Shown: one piece after another, positions 34,935-45,056 of the stretch
Numbering within the stretch: the first letter of the stretch is position 1
Layout of the letters: the number at the start of each line of letters is the position of its first letter
Notes under the pieces: model-generated
Told to the model about the DNA's origin: nothing
Databases searched by the model: none
Seen by the model: only the letters and a program-made list of their open reading frames with translations
Position numbers and translations under genes: made by a program
Assembly: GCA_035515795.1 (NCBI GenBank)
Contig: DATJAY010000012.1
Span: 24,532-88,531, forward strand
Direction: 5' to 3'
Source of the DNA: Candidatus Acidiferrales bacterium
GTDB lineage: Bacteria; Bacteroidota; Ignavibacteria; Kryptoniales; JAKASW01
DNA length: 64,000 bases

Positions 34935-36188
34935 ATGAAAAGCGGAAAACGTGTCGTTGTTACGGGACTCGGAGCAATAACTCCGATTGGGCTTACCGTA
35001 GACGAATTTTGGAGAAGTATGATGGATGGAAAAAGTGGTGCTGGATCCATCACTTACTTTGATACTTCGAAATACGACACGAAATTCGCCTGTGAAGTGA
35101 AGGGATTTGATCCGCTTAAATACTTCGACAGGAAAACAGCACAGCGAATGGATTTGTTTACGCAATTCGCCATGGCCGCCGCCGCTCAGGCTCTCGAGCA
35201 AGCGCAAATCGACTTCGAGAAGATCGATAGAGACCGCGTGGGCGTGGTTGTAGGAAGCGGAATCGGCGGTATGTGGACCTACCAGAGGCAGCAGGAGACT
35301 CTTTTCAACGATCGCGGGCCACAGCACATTAGTCCATTCTTCATCCCGATGATGATTTCCGACATTGCTGCCGGAAACATTTCCATACGGTATAAATTGA
35401 AGGGCCCGAATTACGCGACGACGTCCGCGTGTGCCACTTCAGGCCATGCGATCGCAGATGCTGCGATGTTGATCCAGCGCGGCGATGCGGACCTGATGAT
35501 AACCGGCGGGGCCGAAGCTGCGATCTGCCCGATGGGAATCGGCGGCTTCAATTCTATGAAGGCGCTCTCGACAAACAATGAAGATTGTGTTCACGCGAGC
35601 AGACCCTTCGACGCTAAACGCGACGGGTTTGTAATGGGCGAAGGAGGGGGTATCCTCGTCATCGAAAGTTATGAAAGTGCAGTTAAGCGCGGCGTGAAAA
35701 TACTTGCTGAGCTTGCCGGCTTCGGACTCACAGCCGATGCGTATCATCTTACTCAGCCTGCGCCCGGCGGTGAGGGTGCAGTGAGGGCGATGAGATTATG
35801 TTTGAAAGACGCCGGGCTTGATCCCCAAGATATTGATTACATTAATGCCCATGGAACTTCGACGCCCCCCGGCGATAAGGGGGAAACACAGGCAATAAAA
35901 ACAGTTTTCGGCGAGCATGCCAAGCAACTTCTGGTTAGCTCGACGAAATCGATGACCGGGCATTTGTTAGGTGCAGCGGGAGCCGTAGAAGCTATTGCAA
36001 CCATTCTGGCGATCGCTAACGATACAGCCCCGCCAACGATAAATTACGAGTTCCCTGATCCCGATTGCAACCTTGACTATGTTCCCAACAAACCGATCAA
36101 GAGAACTATCAAAGCGGCCATGAGCAACGTCTTCGGTTTCGGCGGACATAATAATTGTTTGCTGTTCACGAAATTTAGAGAACAATAA
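34935..36188 (+). CDS. fabF: 3-oxoacyl-ACP synthase II FabF
   Basis: TSACATSGHAI, NAHGTSTPPGD and KSMTGHLLGAAG. Confidence 0.95.
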   Translation: MKSGKRVVVTGLGAITPIGLTVDEFWRSMMDGKSGAGSITYFDTSKYDTKFACEVKGFDPLKYFDRKTAQRMDLFTQFAMAAAAQALEQAQIDFEKIDRDRVGVVVGSGIGGMWTYQRQQETLFNDRGPQHISPFFIPMMISDIAAGNISIRYKLKGPNYATTSACATSGHAIADAAMLIQRGDADLMITGGAEAAICPMGIGGFNSMKALSTNNEDCVHASRPFDAKRDGFVMGEGGGILVIESYESAVKRGVKILAELAGFGLTADAYHLTQPAPGGEGAVRAMRLCLKDAGLDPQDIDYINAHGTSTPPGDKGETQAIKTVFGEHAKQLLVSSTKSMTGHLLGAAGAVEAIATILAIANDTAPPTINYEFPDPDCNLDYVPNKPIKRTIKAAMSNVFGFGGHNNCLLFTKFREQ

Positions 36189-36247
36189 CAGCTCATAATT
36201 CATAAATCATAGTCCGTGGCCGTCAGCAATGGGCTGTGAATTAAGCT

Positions 36248-37075
36248 ATGTTTTTTTCTCCAAAAAAAATCCTTGGGAAGTTTCGAGGTGTCCGGACTGA
36301 CACGTTCGAGGCGAAGCGGCGTCATCTCAGGAAAAAACGCGAGCTTGAAAAGACTCTCGGGGTTAAAATCAGGAACGAAAATTATTTTTCGGAGGCGTTG
36401 ACCCACCGTTCGGTATTGTCAATCCCGTCGTACGAGGAAAAGAACTCCAACGAGCGCATGGAATTTCTCGGCGATGCGATCCTTAATTTTCTAGTAGCTG
36501 AATTTCTTTTCAACGAGTTTCCGGAAATCGATGAGGGGCAGATGACCCGACTTCGCAGCCTTCTTGTGAACCAGCACGCACTCGCTGAATATGCCTCCGA
36601 GATCAATCTCTCGTCTTTTCTTTCTTTAAGCACGAGCGCCCAGCAGGCGATAGACAAAGGATATGAGACGATTGTTTCCGATGCCTTGGAAGCAGTGATT
36701 GCGGCGACTTATCTGGACGGCGGGATGAAGGCAGCAAAGAGATTTGTCGACAAAATGGTTTTGCCAAAGAAGAAACAGCTCAGCCGGCAAATGTTTAACG
36801 CACTTGATAGAAATTTCAAGAGCGCTCTCCTCGAATTGGCACAGTCACGCGGTCTCGGCGCACCGCGGTACAACGTTCTCAAAGAAGAAGGCCCTGATCA
36901 CGACAGGACGTTTACGGTGGAAGTGTTGGTCGGCGATGAGTCGTGCGGAGTGGGGACGGGCAAAACTAAAAAAGCTGCGGAACAATCGGCAGCCGGAGAG
37001 GCATATGAGAAGCTGAAATACGGGAATCAGGAAAGAGACCGGCTCGATCCCTTTTCGGTGAGGGAGCAGAAATGA
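36248..37075 (+). CDS. rnc: Ribonuclease III
   Basis: RNase III signature ERMEFLGDAIL and a C-terminal dsRBD (GPDHDRTFTVEVLV...GKTKKAAEQSAA). It has a ~35-aa basic N-terminal extension. Confidence 0.9.
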   Translation: MFFSPKKILGKFRGVRTDTFEAKRRHLRKKRELEKTLGVKIRNENYFSEALTHRSVLSIPSYEEKNSNERMEFLGDAILNFLVAEFLFNEFPEIDEGQMTRLRSLLVNQHALAEYASEINLSSFLSLSTSAQQAIDKGYETIVSDALEAVIAATYLDGGMKAAKRFVDKMVLPKKKQLSRQMFNALDRNFKSALLELAQSRGLGAPRYNVLKEEGPDHDRTFTVEVLVGDESCGVGTGKTKKAAEQSAAGEAYEKLKYGNQERDRLDPFSVREQK

Positions 37076-37704
37076 AGAGCGAAGCCGAGCACGTTCGACT
37101 GAACGAGGCGAAGTGGGACGGGTGGTCTCATAGACTAGACGGCGATGGCTGGAGATATCGGTATCTGCGCCGGATGCAAGCCGGTCTCATCTCGCTGTTG
37201 GATGTCAGAGAGGGAGTTAATTTCCTCGACATTGGATGTGGAACAGGGTGGGCAGTCGGTCAGGTTGGCAAGCTTGTCGGCGATAACGGCCTATTCTTTG
37301 GCATTGACATATCTTCCGTGATGATCGAAAAAGCAAAGGAGAGCTTTACAGGACGAGCGAATTTCCACTTCATAAAGGCAAATGTAGAATCTATTCCGCT
37401 CGAAGATAATTTTTTTGACATTATAATATGCACGAATTCTTTCCACCACTATTTAAATCCGGACAACGCGTTGAGGGAGATGCACAGGCTATTGAAAAAC
37501 ACCGGGAAAGTTTATGTGCTCGATCCAACTGCCGACAAATGGATCGTGAAGGTCGCTGGCAAGATAATAGGAATGCTTGAGCCTGCCCACGTTAAACTCT
37601 ACAGCACAAAAGAGTTTCAGAGCTTGTTCGCCGGCGCGGGGTTGAAATATGCAGCCACCAGAATGGTTGACGGGCATCAGATAGTTCACGTCGGCGAAAG
37701 GTAG
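37072..37704 (+). CDS. Class I SAM-dependent methyltransferase
   Basis: SAM motif I FLDIGCGTGW and a Methyltransf_11-like fold. It has an ATGA overlap with the rnc stop. Confidence 0.8.
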   Translation: MKSEAEHVRLNEAKWDGWSHRLDGDGWRYRYLRRMQAGLISLLDVREGVNFLDIGCGTGWAVGQVGKLVGDNGLFFGIDISSVMIEKAKESFTGRANFHFIKANVESIPLEDNFFDIIICTNSFHHYLNPDNALREMHRLLKNTGKVYVLDPTADKWIVKVAGKIIGMLEPAHVKLYSTKEFQSLFAGAGLKYAATRMVDGHQIVHVGER

Positions 37705-37780
37705 ATTCCGGCAGGATGGCTATTCCCGGGTGAAATGAAACCGGATTAATCAACGGGCTAAAACCCATGGAGGTCTCATC

Positions 37781-38881
37781 ATGTTTAAAGCAGGTTTGTT
37801 CATGTTAATTCTCGGATCGCTGGCCATGTCGCGCGCTCAGGATTCGAGATCTTCTGCAATGACAGGTCCGTTTGAGATAAGGACCGGTGTCAATGTAAGT
37901 CACTGGCTGTCGCAGAGCGAGAAACGCGGTGAGGATAGAAGGCGTTATATTACGCGAGCCGATTTTGACACGATCGCCTCGATGGGATTCGATCATGTGA
38001 GGATACCCGTTGACGAAGTGCAGCTCTGGGATTCGCTCGGGAATAAAGAAGCCGAAGGATTTGAGCTTTTGCACGATGCGATACAGTGGGCATTCGCTGC
38101 AAACCTGCGCGTCATTGTGGATCTCCATATCATACGGGCACACCACTTCAACGCCGGGTCGAACAAATTGTGGACCGATCCGGCAGAACAGGAAAAATTG
38201 GTGAACATGTGGCGCCGCCTTTCGGATGAGCTGCACCAATATCCGAACGACAAGCTTGCTTACGAAATTCTGAATGAGCCTGTTGCCGATAATCCCGGGG
38301 ACTGGAATACTGTGCTTAACAAAGTCATAGCTGCGATAAGAGCTAAGGAACCTGAAAGGAAGATCGTCGTCGGCTCAAACAGATGGCAGATTCCGGACAC
38401 GTTTCCCGAATTGAGATTTCCGGAGAACGATTCAAATTTGATCTTAAGTTTTCATTTTTACAGTCCGCTTGCCTTGACGCATCATACTGCATCATGGACT
38501 CCAATTGCCGAGTATAACGGGCCGGTAAATTATCCAGGACAGGTAGTTGACACGTCATACTACAAGGAGATGTCTCCGTCGGCTGCGGATTTCATGAGAA
38601 CTACTGCGAACGGATATTTTACGAAGGAAGTGCTGGCAGAAAAGATGCTGCCTGCAATAAAGATCGCTAAGCAATACCATCTGCAATTGTACTGCGGCGA
38701 ATACGGAGTCTATCCGAGAATTCCGGAGGATATAATGCTTCAATACTACAAAGACGTGTGCGAGATATTTAACGAGAACGGCATTGCATATTGTCACTGG
38801 TGCTACAAGGGAGATTTCCCGGTGGTCGACAGCCATGGCACGCCAAATCACAAAATGGTTTCAATCTTGACGGCAAAATAG
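37781..38881 (+). CDS. Secreted glycoside hydrolase family 5 (cellulase/endoglucanase-like)
   Basis: Signal peptide, candidate acid/base residue in YEILNEP, and candidate nucleophile in YCGEYGV. Confidence 0.85.
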   Translation: MFKAGLFMLILGSLAMSRAQDSRSSAMTGPFEIRTGVNVSHWLSQSEKRGEDRRRYITRADFDTIASMGFDHVRIPVDEVQLWDSLGNKEAEGFELLHDAIQWAFAANLRVIVDLHIIRAHHFNAGSNKLWTDPAEQEKLVNMWRRLSDELHQYPNDKLAYEILNEPVADNPGDWNTVLNKVIAAIRAKEPERKIVVGSNRWQIPDTFPELRFPENDSNLILSFHFYSPLALTHHTASWTPIAEYNGPVNYPGQVVDTSYYKEMSPSAADFMRTTANGYFTKEVLAEKMLPAIKIAKQYHLQLYCGEYGVYPRIPEDIMLQYYKDVCEIFNENGIAYCHWCYKGDFPVVDSHGTPNHKMVSILTAK

Positions 38882-39403
38882 AAATGAAAGCCTGTCGGAC
38901 GCCCATCGGTGCCACGAAAGGAGAACACGCGAAATAATCTCGGACGCAAAGTCTGGACGCCAGACTTAGTTGTCTCTCGGAATGTCGACACGCTGGCCAA
39001 GAACGCAATAGTTGTGCCTGATAAAGTGAACGTGGAACAGGGGGAGTTACATTTACCACCATGGAGATTACTCTTAGGTAATGGTCCTGAAAATGTAACG
39101 GCATCATACGATTTTCCAGCGTGTTTCATGGGCTTTGTCGTGGCATCTTCTTTGAACCCTCTTTAATAGTATCTAAACGTAGGTTAAGTATGGCCAGACG
39201 ACCGGGTGGAGGATCGATCTTTCTAACCATTTCTTTTCTGCAGCAGGTTCCTTCACTTTTAAACAGTTGGTCAATACACGGAACGAGAGGTTATCCAAGA
39301 CAACGACCTCTGAATCTATATGTAGAATCTCACACGTAAGTAATTCAGTCGTTGCCGTCCGATATCTGATAGAGAGGAAAGGAGAAGAAGAACGCTTTTT
39401 AGA

Positions 39404-42235
39404 TTGAAGCTGGAAAGCTACTCCGATCAGGAACTTGCCGAGCGCACAAGCTCCGTCCGCGCCGTCCTTTTGTTGTTGGCGATAGCCGTTACTCTCTATG
39501 CGGCCATCATGTCAATCGTATTCAGCGAGCACATCTTCAGATGGATTGGTTTGGAGGCCTTGACGGTTACGTTCACATTTGTTGCTTTGTGGTTGAACGG
39601 AAGGGGCCATGTCCGGGCTGTCGTCATTTGCGCCCTTATATATTTCTGGATGGTGATAACCGGATTTGCGCTGACTTCGGGTGGCATAAGAGGTCCGGCT
39701 GCTGTCATGTATTTGGGTCTCGTCTTCAGCGCAGGCCTGTTCTTTGGAAAGAATGTCGCGATCTTCGCAGCCATCGTATGCAGCCTCTCCGACCTGGGCT
39801 TCGTGTACCTGAGCGCTCATGGCCTCCTGCCTGCTCCTATATCACATTTTAATGATATCAGGTTCTGGATCGCGCATACTTTTGTCCTTTCCCTGTCCGT
39901 AATTCTTCCAAGTGTGGTGACGCGAAGCATAAGAAATGCTCTGCATAAAGCAACTGATGAAATAAATGAGCGTAAATCAGCGGAAGCTGCATTGTTTACC
40001 TCCAGACAAATGCTCCGCTTAGTACTCGATACGATTCCACAGCGCGTATTTTGGAAAGATCAGAACCTGAAATATCTAGGCTGCAACGAATCATTTGCGG
40101 AAGACTGCGGTTATGAAAAGCCTGAAGACGTTATTGGTTTGGATGATCACGACATAGCATCGGTCCAAACGGCGGATCTTTACCGGGCTGATGACCGCGA
40201 GATAATTGAAAAAGATTTGCCGAAACTCATGTATGAGGAGCCTCAAGTTAGATCGGACGGTGCGCTGGCCTGGTTGATAACCAGCAAAGTTCCGCTGCAT
40301 GACGCGGACGGAAAAGTCATAGGAGTGCTGGGAACCTATGAGGATATCACCGATAGAAAAAATGCCGCGAGGGCGGTCCTCGAGAGTGAATCGAAATACC
40401 ACAGGTTGATTGAATCCATGCCTGATGGATACTATCGCAGCACGCCGGAGGGCAAGTTTATCGACATCAATCCGGCTTTTGCAAGACTCCTTGGCTATAC
40501 GCGGGAAGAATTACTTGAGATGGACATACCGAATGCTCTCTATTTTGACAAATCGGAGCGGGACGATCTCGTGAAGGACCCCGAATCCAAGTCGGGAACC
40601 GAAATCTATCGGCTCAAGAGAAAAGACGGGACTGAAGTCTGGCTCGAAGACCATGCGCGTTATGTTCGAGATGATCAGGGAAAGATGGTGTACCACGAAG
40701 GAATCTGCCGCGACATCACGGAGAGAAAGCGAGCCGAGGAAGCACTGAAGCGGCAAAGATTATTGTTCGAGAATTTTGCAGATGTAATTCTTTACTTCAG
40801 GCACTCCGACGGCAAAATTATTGAAGCAAACAGAGCCGCCGAGACTGCTTATGGTTATTCCCGTGATGAGCTGCTCACCAAGACTATCTATGACTTCAGT
40901 GTCAATGAAACCTCCGAAGAGGTGCAGGCGCAAATAGGCAAGGCTTACTCAAGTGGAATTGTTCTTGAAACGGTACACCGGCGCAGAGACGGGTCTACTT
41001 TTCCGGTCGAGGTAAGATCGGGTGGGCTGACGATGGGAGGCGAACGTGTTCTGGTAAGCGTTATCCGCGATTTGACCGAACGCAACCAGCTTCAGGAACA
41101 GCTTATCCAATCGCAGAAGCTGGAAGGACTGGGACTCCTCGCAGGTGGAGTCGCTCATGATTATAACAATATCTTGAACGTTATCATGGGCTACACGGAT
41201 ATCCTGAGATCAAAATTGGAAAAAGATGATCCCGACAGGCAACGGCTTGAGGTCATCATGTCTGCCGCAAACAGGGGGGCTGCGCTGACGAGACAACTTC
41301 TCGTTTTTGCAAGGAAAGATGTCGTATCACCGCGAGCCATCAACATGAATTCTTCCATAGAGTCAATTCGGAAAATGATGGAGACGATAATCGGCGAAAA
41401 TATTAAACTCGTCTCTATTCCCGGAGATCGCCTGTGGAACGTTTACATAGATCCTTCGCAGCTGGATCAAGTCATAATGAACCTGGTGACAAACAGCAGG
41501 GATGCAATCGATGGAGTCGGGACGATAAGCATCAAGACTTTCAATATGCATGTGCACGAGAAAAGCGCCGAGAGACCTGTCGATTTGAGTCCGGGCGACT
41601 ACGCAGTCCTGTCGATCACCGACACCGGACGAGGAATGCGGGAAGATGTTTTGAAAAGATTATTTGAGCCGTTCTTCACAACGAAACCGAAAGGGCGGGG
41701 AACCGGGCTTGGACTTTCGACGGTGTATGGGATAGTGAAACAAAACAATGGAGCCATCGATGTGGCAAGTAAACCGGGAGTGGGGACAAGGTTTCAGATC
41801 TTTTTGCCCCGCTATTGCGGCGAACCGGAGGAGCTGGAAGAGGACATTTCTGAAGAGCCATTGAAGGGAACTGAGACAGTCCTCGTTGTCGAAGATCAGG
41901 CTGAACTTCTTGATCTGGTAAAATTCAGTTTGGAAGAGTTTGGGTACAGCGTACTATCGGCGATAGATCCTCACCAGGCGCTTTTGATTTGTGAAGCATT
42001 TCCGAAAAAGATCGACTTGCTGCTGACCGATGTAATCATGCCCACCATGAGCGGCAAGCAGCTGAGCAAGAGAATTCTCGCCCTGAAACCCGACACCAAA
42101 GTCCTGTATATGTCAGGCTACACGGCGAACGAGCTCAATCATCACGGCGTTCTTGCGGATGATATCAATTTCATACAAAAGCCCTTTAATGTGATCGACC
42201 TTCTGAAGAAAATGCGGGGTGTGCTGGACAAGTAG
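39404..42235 (+). CDS. Membrane-bound PAS-domain hybrid sensor histidine kinase with a C-terminal receiver
   Basis: About 5-6 N-terminal TM helices and three PAS-like modules. H-box GVAHDYNNIL, G-boxes DTGRGM / GTGLGLS, and REC (LLLTDVIMPTMSG...KP). The start is TTG. Confidence 0.85.
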   Translation: MKLESYSDQELAERTSSVRAVLLLLAIAVTLYAAIMSIVFSEHIFRWIGLEALTVTFTFVALWLNGRGHVRAVVICALIYFWMVITGFALTSGGIRGPAAVMYLGLVFSAGLFFGKNVAIFAAIVCSLSDLGFVYLSAHGLLPAPISHFNDIRFWIAHTFVLSLSVILPSVVTRSIRNALHKATDEINERKSAEAALFTSRQMLRLVLDTIPQRVFWKDQNLKYLGCNESFAEDCGYEKPEDVIGLDDHDIASVQTADLYRADDREIIEKDLPKLMYEEPQVRSDGALAWLITSKVPLHDADGKVIGVLGTYEDITDRKNAARAVLESESKYHRLIESMPDGYYRSTPEGKFIDINPAFARLLGYTREELLEMDIPNALYFDKSERDDLVKDPESKSGTEIYRLKRKDGTEVWLEDHARYVRDDQGKMVYHEGICRDITERKRAEEALKRQRLLFENFADVILYFRHSDGKIIEANRAAETAYGYSRDELLTKTIYDFSVNETSEEVQAQIGKAYSSGIVLETVHRRRDGSTFPVEVRSGGLTMGGERVLVSVIRDLTERNQLQEQLIQSQKLEGLGLLAGGVAHDYNNILNVIMGYTDILRSKLEKDDPDRQRLEVIMSAANRGAALTRQLLVFARKDVVSPRAINMNSSIESIRKMMETIIGENIKLVSIPGDRLWNVYIDPSQLDQVIMNLVTNSRDAIDGVGTISIKTFNMHVHEKSAERPVDLSPGDYAVLSITDTGRGMREDVLKRLFEPFFTTKPKGRGTGLGLSTVYGIVKQNNGAIDVASKPGVGTRFQIFLPRYCGEPEELEEDISEEPLKGTETVLVVEDQAELLDLVKFSLEEFGYSVLSAIDPHQALLICEAFPKKIDLLLTDVIMPTMSGKQLSKRILALKPDTKVLYMSGYTANELNHHGVLADDINFIQKPFNVIDLLKKMRGVLDK

Positions 42236-42390
42236 ACCGCGTTGTTGATGTCAAATTAATTTTTGGCTTTAATTAAATTTGGAAATGCCAATGCACGGCG
42301 AAAAGCCGAGTGTGATAATCAAGGCGGTTTTAGATAAGAAACTTTGACTAGTGCTAGGATTCAATCCTCGCACAACCCGTAGGGGAAATC

Positions 42391-44892
42391 CTACTTAGTT
42401 TTTCTCTTCCTGCTTTTCTTCCTACTCGTTTCTTTTTCTTCCCCCGACATCTCCTTCAATCTCTTCGCCACAAGGTGGAACACGGAATTTTTTTCGTACT
42501 GGCCTTTCCTGTCTTGCTTTCCTGCAGCTACACCGGTCAGGATTTCTATCCCATCCTCAATTCGCTCGACCGGATAAATGTGGAACCTCTTTTCGTTCAC
42601 TGCCCGGATTACTTCATCGCGGAGCACGAGGTCTTTCACGTTTCGCTGAGGTATGATGACTCCCTGATCGCCAGTCAAACCTTTCGACTTGCAGACCTGG
42701 TAGAAGCCCTCGATCTTCTGGTTCACTCCACCGATCGGCTGAACATCGCCTTTCTGGTTCACGCTTCCTGTGACTGCGATGCCCTGCTTTATCGGGAGGT
42801 TACTAAGACTCGACAGCAGCGCATAGAGTTCGGTTGACGACGCACTGTCGCCATCGACGCCGCTGTACGATTGTTCAAATGCAATACTTGCCGAAAGCGA
42901 GAGTGCCTTTTCTCTCGCAAACTTCTCGCGCAGGTAACCTGAAAGTGTCATGACGCCTTTATCGTGGACTTTTCCCGACAAATTTGCCTCGCGCTCGATG
43001 CTCGTGATTCCCGCTTTGCCCATTCCGACTGCGGCCGTAATGCGCGTCGGCTTTCCGAAAGAGTAATATCCGATATCGTAAACGGCGAGTCCATTCACCT
43101 GTCCAACGCGTTCACCAGTCGTATCGATCATGATCATGTCCCTCTCGATCATTTCCTGGACTTTATCTTCGGTGAGATTGTTCCTTTCGATGAGCGATTC
43201 GAGACTCTTGCCGACATCTTCTCTGTTGACGAGTTTGTGCTCATTCTTGCTTGCCCAGAAGCTCGCTTCACGGAGAAGGTCGGCGATGTCACTGAACCGG
43301 GTCCAGAGTTTATCCTGCCGCTCCGCCTGACGTGCAGCGAACTCGATTACTGCTGCCACGCCTGATTTGTCGAAGTGCATCAGATTTTCCGCCCTGCATA
43401 TTCGCGAGATGAACCTTGCATACTCTGTAATTTTCTCGGAGTCTAGTCTTACTTCGCTGTCAAAGTCTGCCTTCACTTTGAAGATCTTCTTAAAGTCCTC
43501 CTCGGCGTCGTACAGAATGTCGTAGACATACGGATCGCCGATGAGTATGACCTTCACGTTGATGTTGATCGGCTCCGGTTTCAGAGCGATCGAGTTCAAT
43601 TGGAAAAAAGTGTCCAGCGGCTGGATCTCCAATTTTCTGTAAATCAGCGTCCGCTTTAGAGCCTTCCAAACTCCTGGCTCGGTCAGCGCGTCGAGCGCGT
43701 TCAGCACTATGTAGCCGCCGTCCGCGCGAAGGAGCGCTCCGCCTTTGATTTTTGTATGATCGGTTTGAAAAAATCCACGCGCGTCGATCAGTCTTTCGAT
43801 TGTTCCGAAAATATTTGTGTAAGTCGGACTCGTTTCAATTACGACTGGACAACGCTCCCGATCCGTGTTGTCTTGAATCAGGTTTACCCGGTAGACGATG
43901 AAGGGATCGCTTGCCGGTCTTGGCGGCTGAGCCTCGGAATCCTGTTCTTCACCTCCCTTGAAGATTTGTATGTTGTTCAATGTATATTCTTGCACCAGCT
44001 TGAGATAGTCGAGGACCGCCTGGTTCATTTTGAATCGGTTCTCCAGTTCCTCAAATATTGAGCTGACGACCACCGAGACGGTTTGTCTCTCCATGTCCTG
44101 GATTTTTCTTACCATTTCTCCCGCAACCGTAGAGCCTTTTCGCGCCACCGCGGCAAGCTCTTTTCTGAACTCCTGTAGTTTGTGTTCGGCATCTATGTAA
44201 TCTTTTGTTGTCAATTTGCCTTCGCCTGCAAGCTTTTCAAGCTCTTCGATGGGAACGGGTTTGCCTTGAAAGACAGGGAAAACCTGCGGCTGGGTGATCG
44301 GTCCGATTTGGACGGGCACGAGCGCGAATCCTTCACTTTCGATCTTCCTTTGAAATTCCGTGAGGAGAGCCTTCTCTCTTTTCTCGTACGACTCAACAAT
44401 CTTGCTCCTCGCATCTGTGTAAGCTTCGCCTGTCAATAACTCCGGGATTTTTCTGATGAGATAGCGGACCGTCGCTTCGAGATCTTCCTTGAATTTTTTC
44501 CCCTGACCGCGGTCGAATTCGAGCAGATGCGGATTGTCCGGCTCTCTAAAATTGAAGACGTAGCACCTGTCGGGGGATGGCGTGCACTCCACCGTAATTT
44601 CTTCCAAGAGCCGTTTGATCGTGGTGAGCTTCCCGGTGCCGGCGAGCCCGCTGACGAAAATATTGTAGCCGGGACTCTTTATATTGACGCCGAACTTCAG
44701 AGCCTTCACGGCTCGTTCCTGGCCTATGATGGAATCGATCGGTTCTAATTCTTCGGTGGATTTGAATTTCAGTTCGCTTTCCGGACAACGCCATGTCAAC
44801 TGTTCCGGGGTCAATTCGCGATACGTCTTTCTAGTCTTCAAGATATGCCCTGCCTTTTCTTCCAATTTATTCGGCGGAGGAATTAATAGCAA
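42391..44892 (-). CDS. Lon-like (S16) protease with a divergent AAA-like N-domain (COG1067/LonC-like)
   Basis: Motif IIGQERAVKALKFGV and P-loop-like GLAGTGKL. The protease domain has GDSASST (Ser) and GGVNQKIEGF (Lys). Confidence 0.85.
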   Translation of the reverse strand: MLLIPPPNKLEEKAGHILKTRKTYRELTPEQLTWRCPESELKFKSTEELEPIDSIIGQERAVKALKFGVNIKSPGYNIFVSGLAGTGKLTTIKRLLEEITVECTPSPDRCYVFNFREPDNPHLLEFDRGQGKKFKEDLEATVRYLIRKIPELLTGEAYTDARSKIVESYEKREKALLTEFQRKIESEGFALVPVQIGPITQPQVFPVFQGKPVPIEELEKLAGEGKLTTKDYIDAEHKLQEFRKELAAVARKGSTVAGEMVRKIQDMERQTVSVVVSSIFEELENRFKMNQAVLDYLKLVQEYTLNNIQIFKGGEEQDSEAQPPRPASDPFIVYRVNLIQDNTDRERCPVVIETSPTYTNIFGTIERLIDARGFFQTDHTKIKGGALLRADGGYIVLNALDALTEPGVWKALKRTLIYRKLEIQPLDTFFQLNSIALKPEPININVKVILIGDPYVYDILYDAEEDFKKIFKVKADFDSEVRLDSEKITEYARFISRICRAENLMHFDKSGVAAVIEFAARQAERQDKLWTRFSDIADLLREASFWASKNEHKLVNREDVGKSLESLIERNNLTEDKVQEMIERDMIMIDTTGERVGQVNGLAVYDIGYYSFGKPTRITAAVGMGKAGITSIEREANLSGKVHDKGVMTLSGYLREKFAREKALSLSASIAFEQSYSGVDGDSASSTELYALLSSLSNLPIKQGIAVTGSVNQKGDVQPIGGVNQKIEGFYQVCKSKGLTGDQGVIIPQRNVKDLVLRDEVIRAVNEKRFHIYPVERIEDGIEILTGVAAGKQDRKGQYEKNSVFHLVAKRLKEMSGEEKETSRKKSRKRKTK

Positions 44893-44949
44893 TTAGATGC
44901 CGGCAATCGACGACGCTCGTTTCATCCGCTGCATCATGGCTTTGATTAC

Positions 44950-44984
44950 AAAAAAAGAGGTCCGCCGATTTCTCAACGAACCTC
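44950..44984 (-). terminator. Rho-independent terminator downstream of the lipoprotein gene
   Basis: On the minus strand, gaggttcg-12 nt loop-cggacctc is followed by T7. That is an 8-bp stem including one G-U pair. Confidence 0.5.
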
Positions 44985-45056
44985 CAGCTCTCCTTCGAGT
45001 AAAATTCAGATTCTACATGGAAGATCGAGACGCTTGTTACACGTTACTGGTCAATA

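Noticed and set aside
38769-39166. Three mutually overlapping ORFs of 85-112 aa in the 522-nt gap after the GH5 gene
   Set aside because: They overlap each other on both strands and extend into the GH5 gene. They lack SD sequences and recognisable domains, so I treat the region as non-coding or RNA.
42300-42380. tRNA-like T-arm fragment (aggattcaatcct) and a possible acceptor 3' strand
   Set aside because: I could build no D-arm or anticodon arm. The putative acceptor stem has 2 mismatches in 7 and the T-loop is too short. It is not a tRNA. At most it is a relic, and there are no repeats or integrase nearby to suggest an att site.
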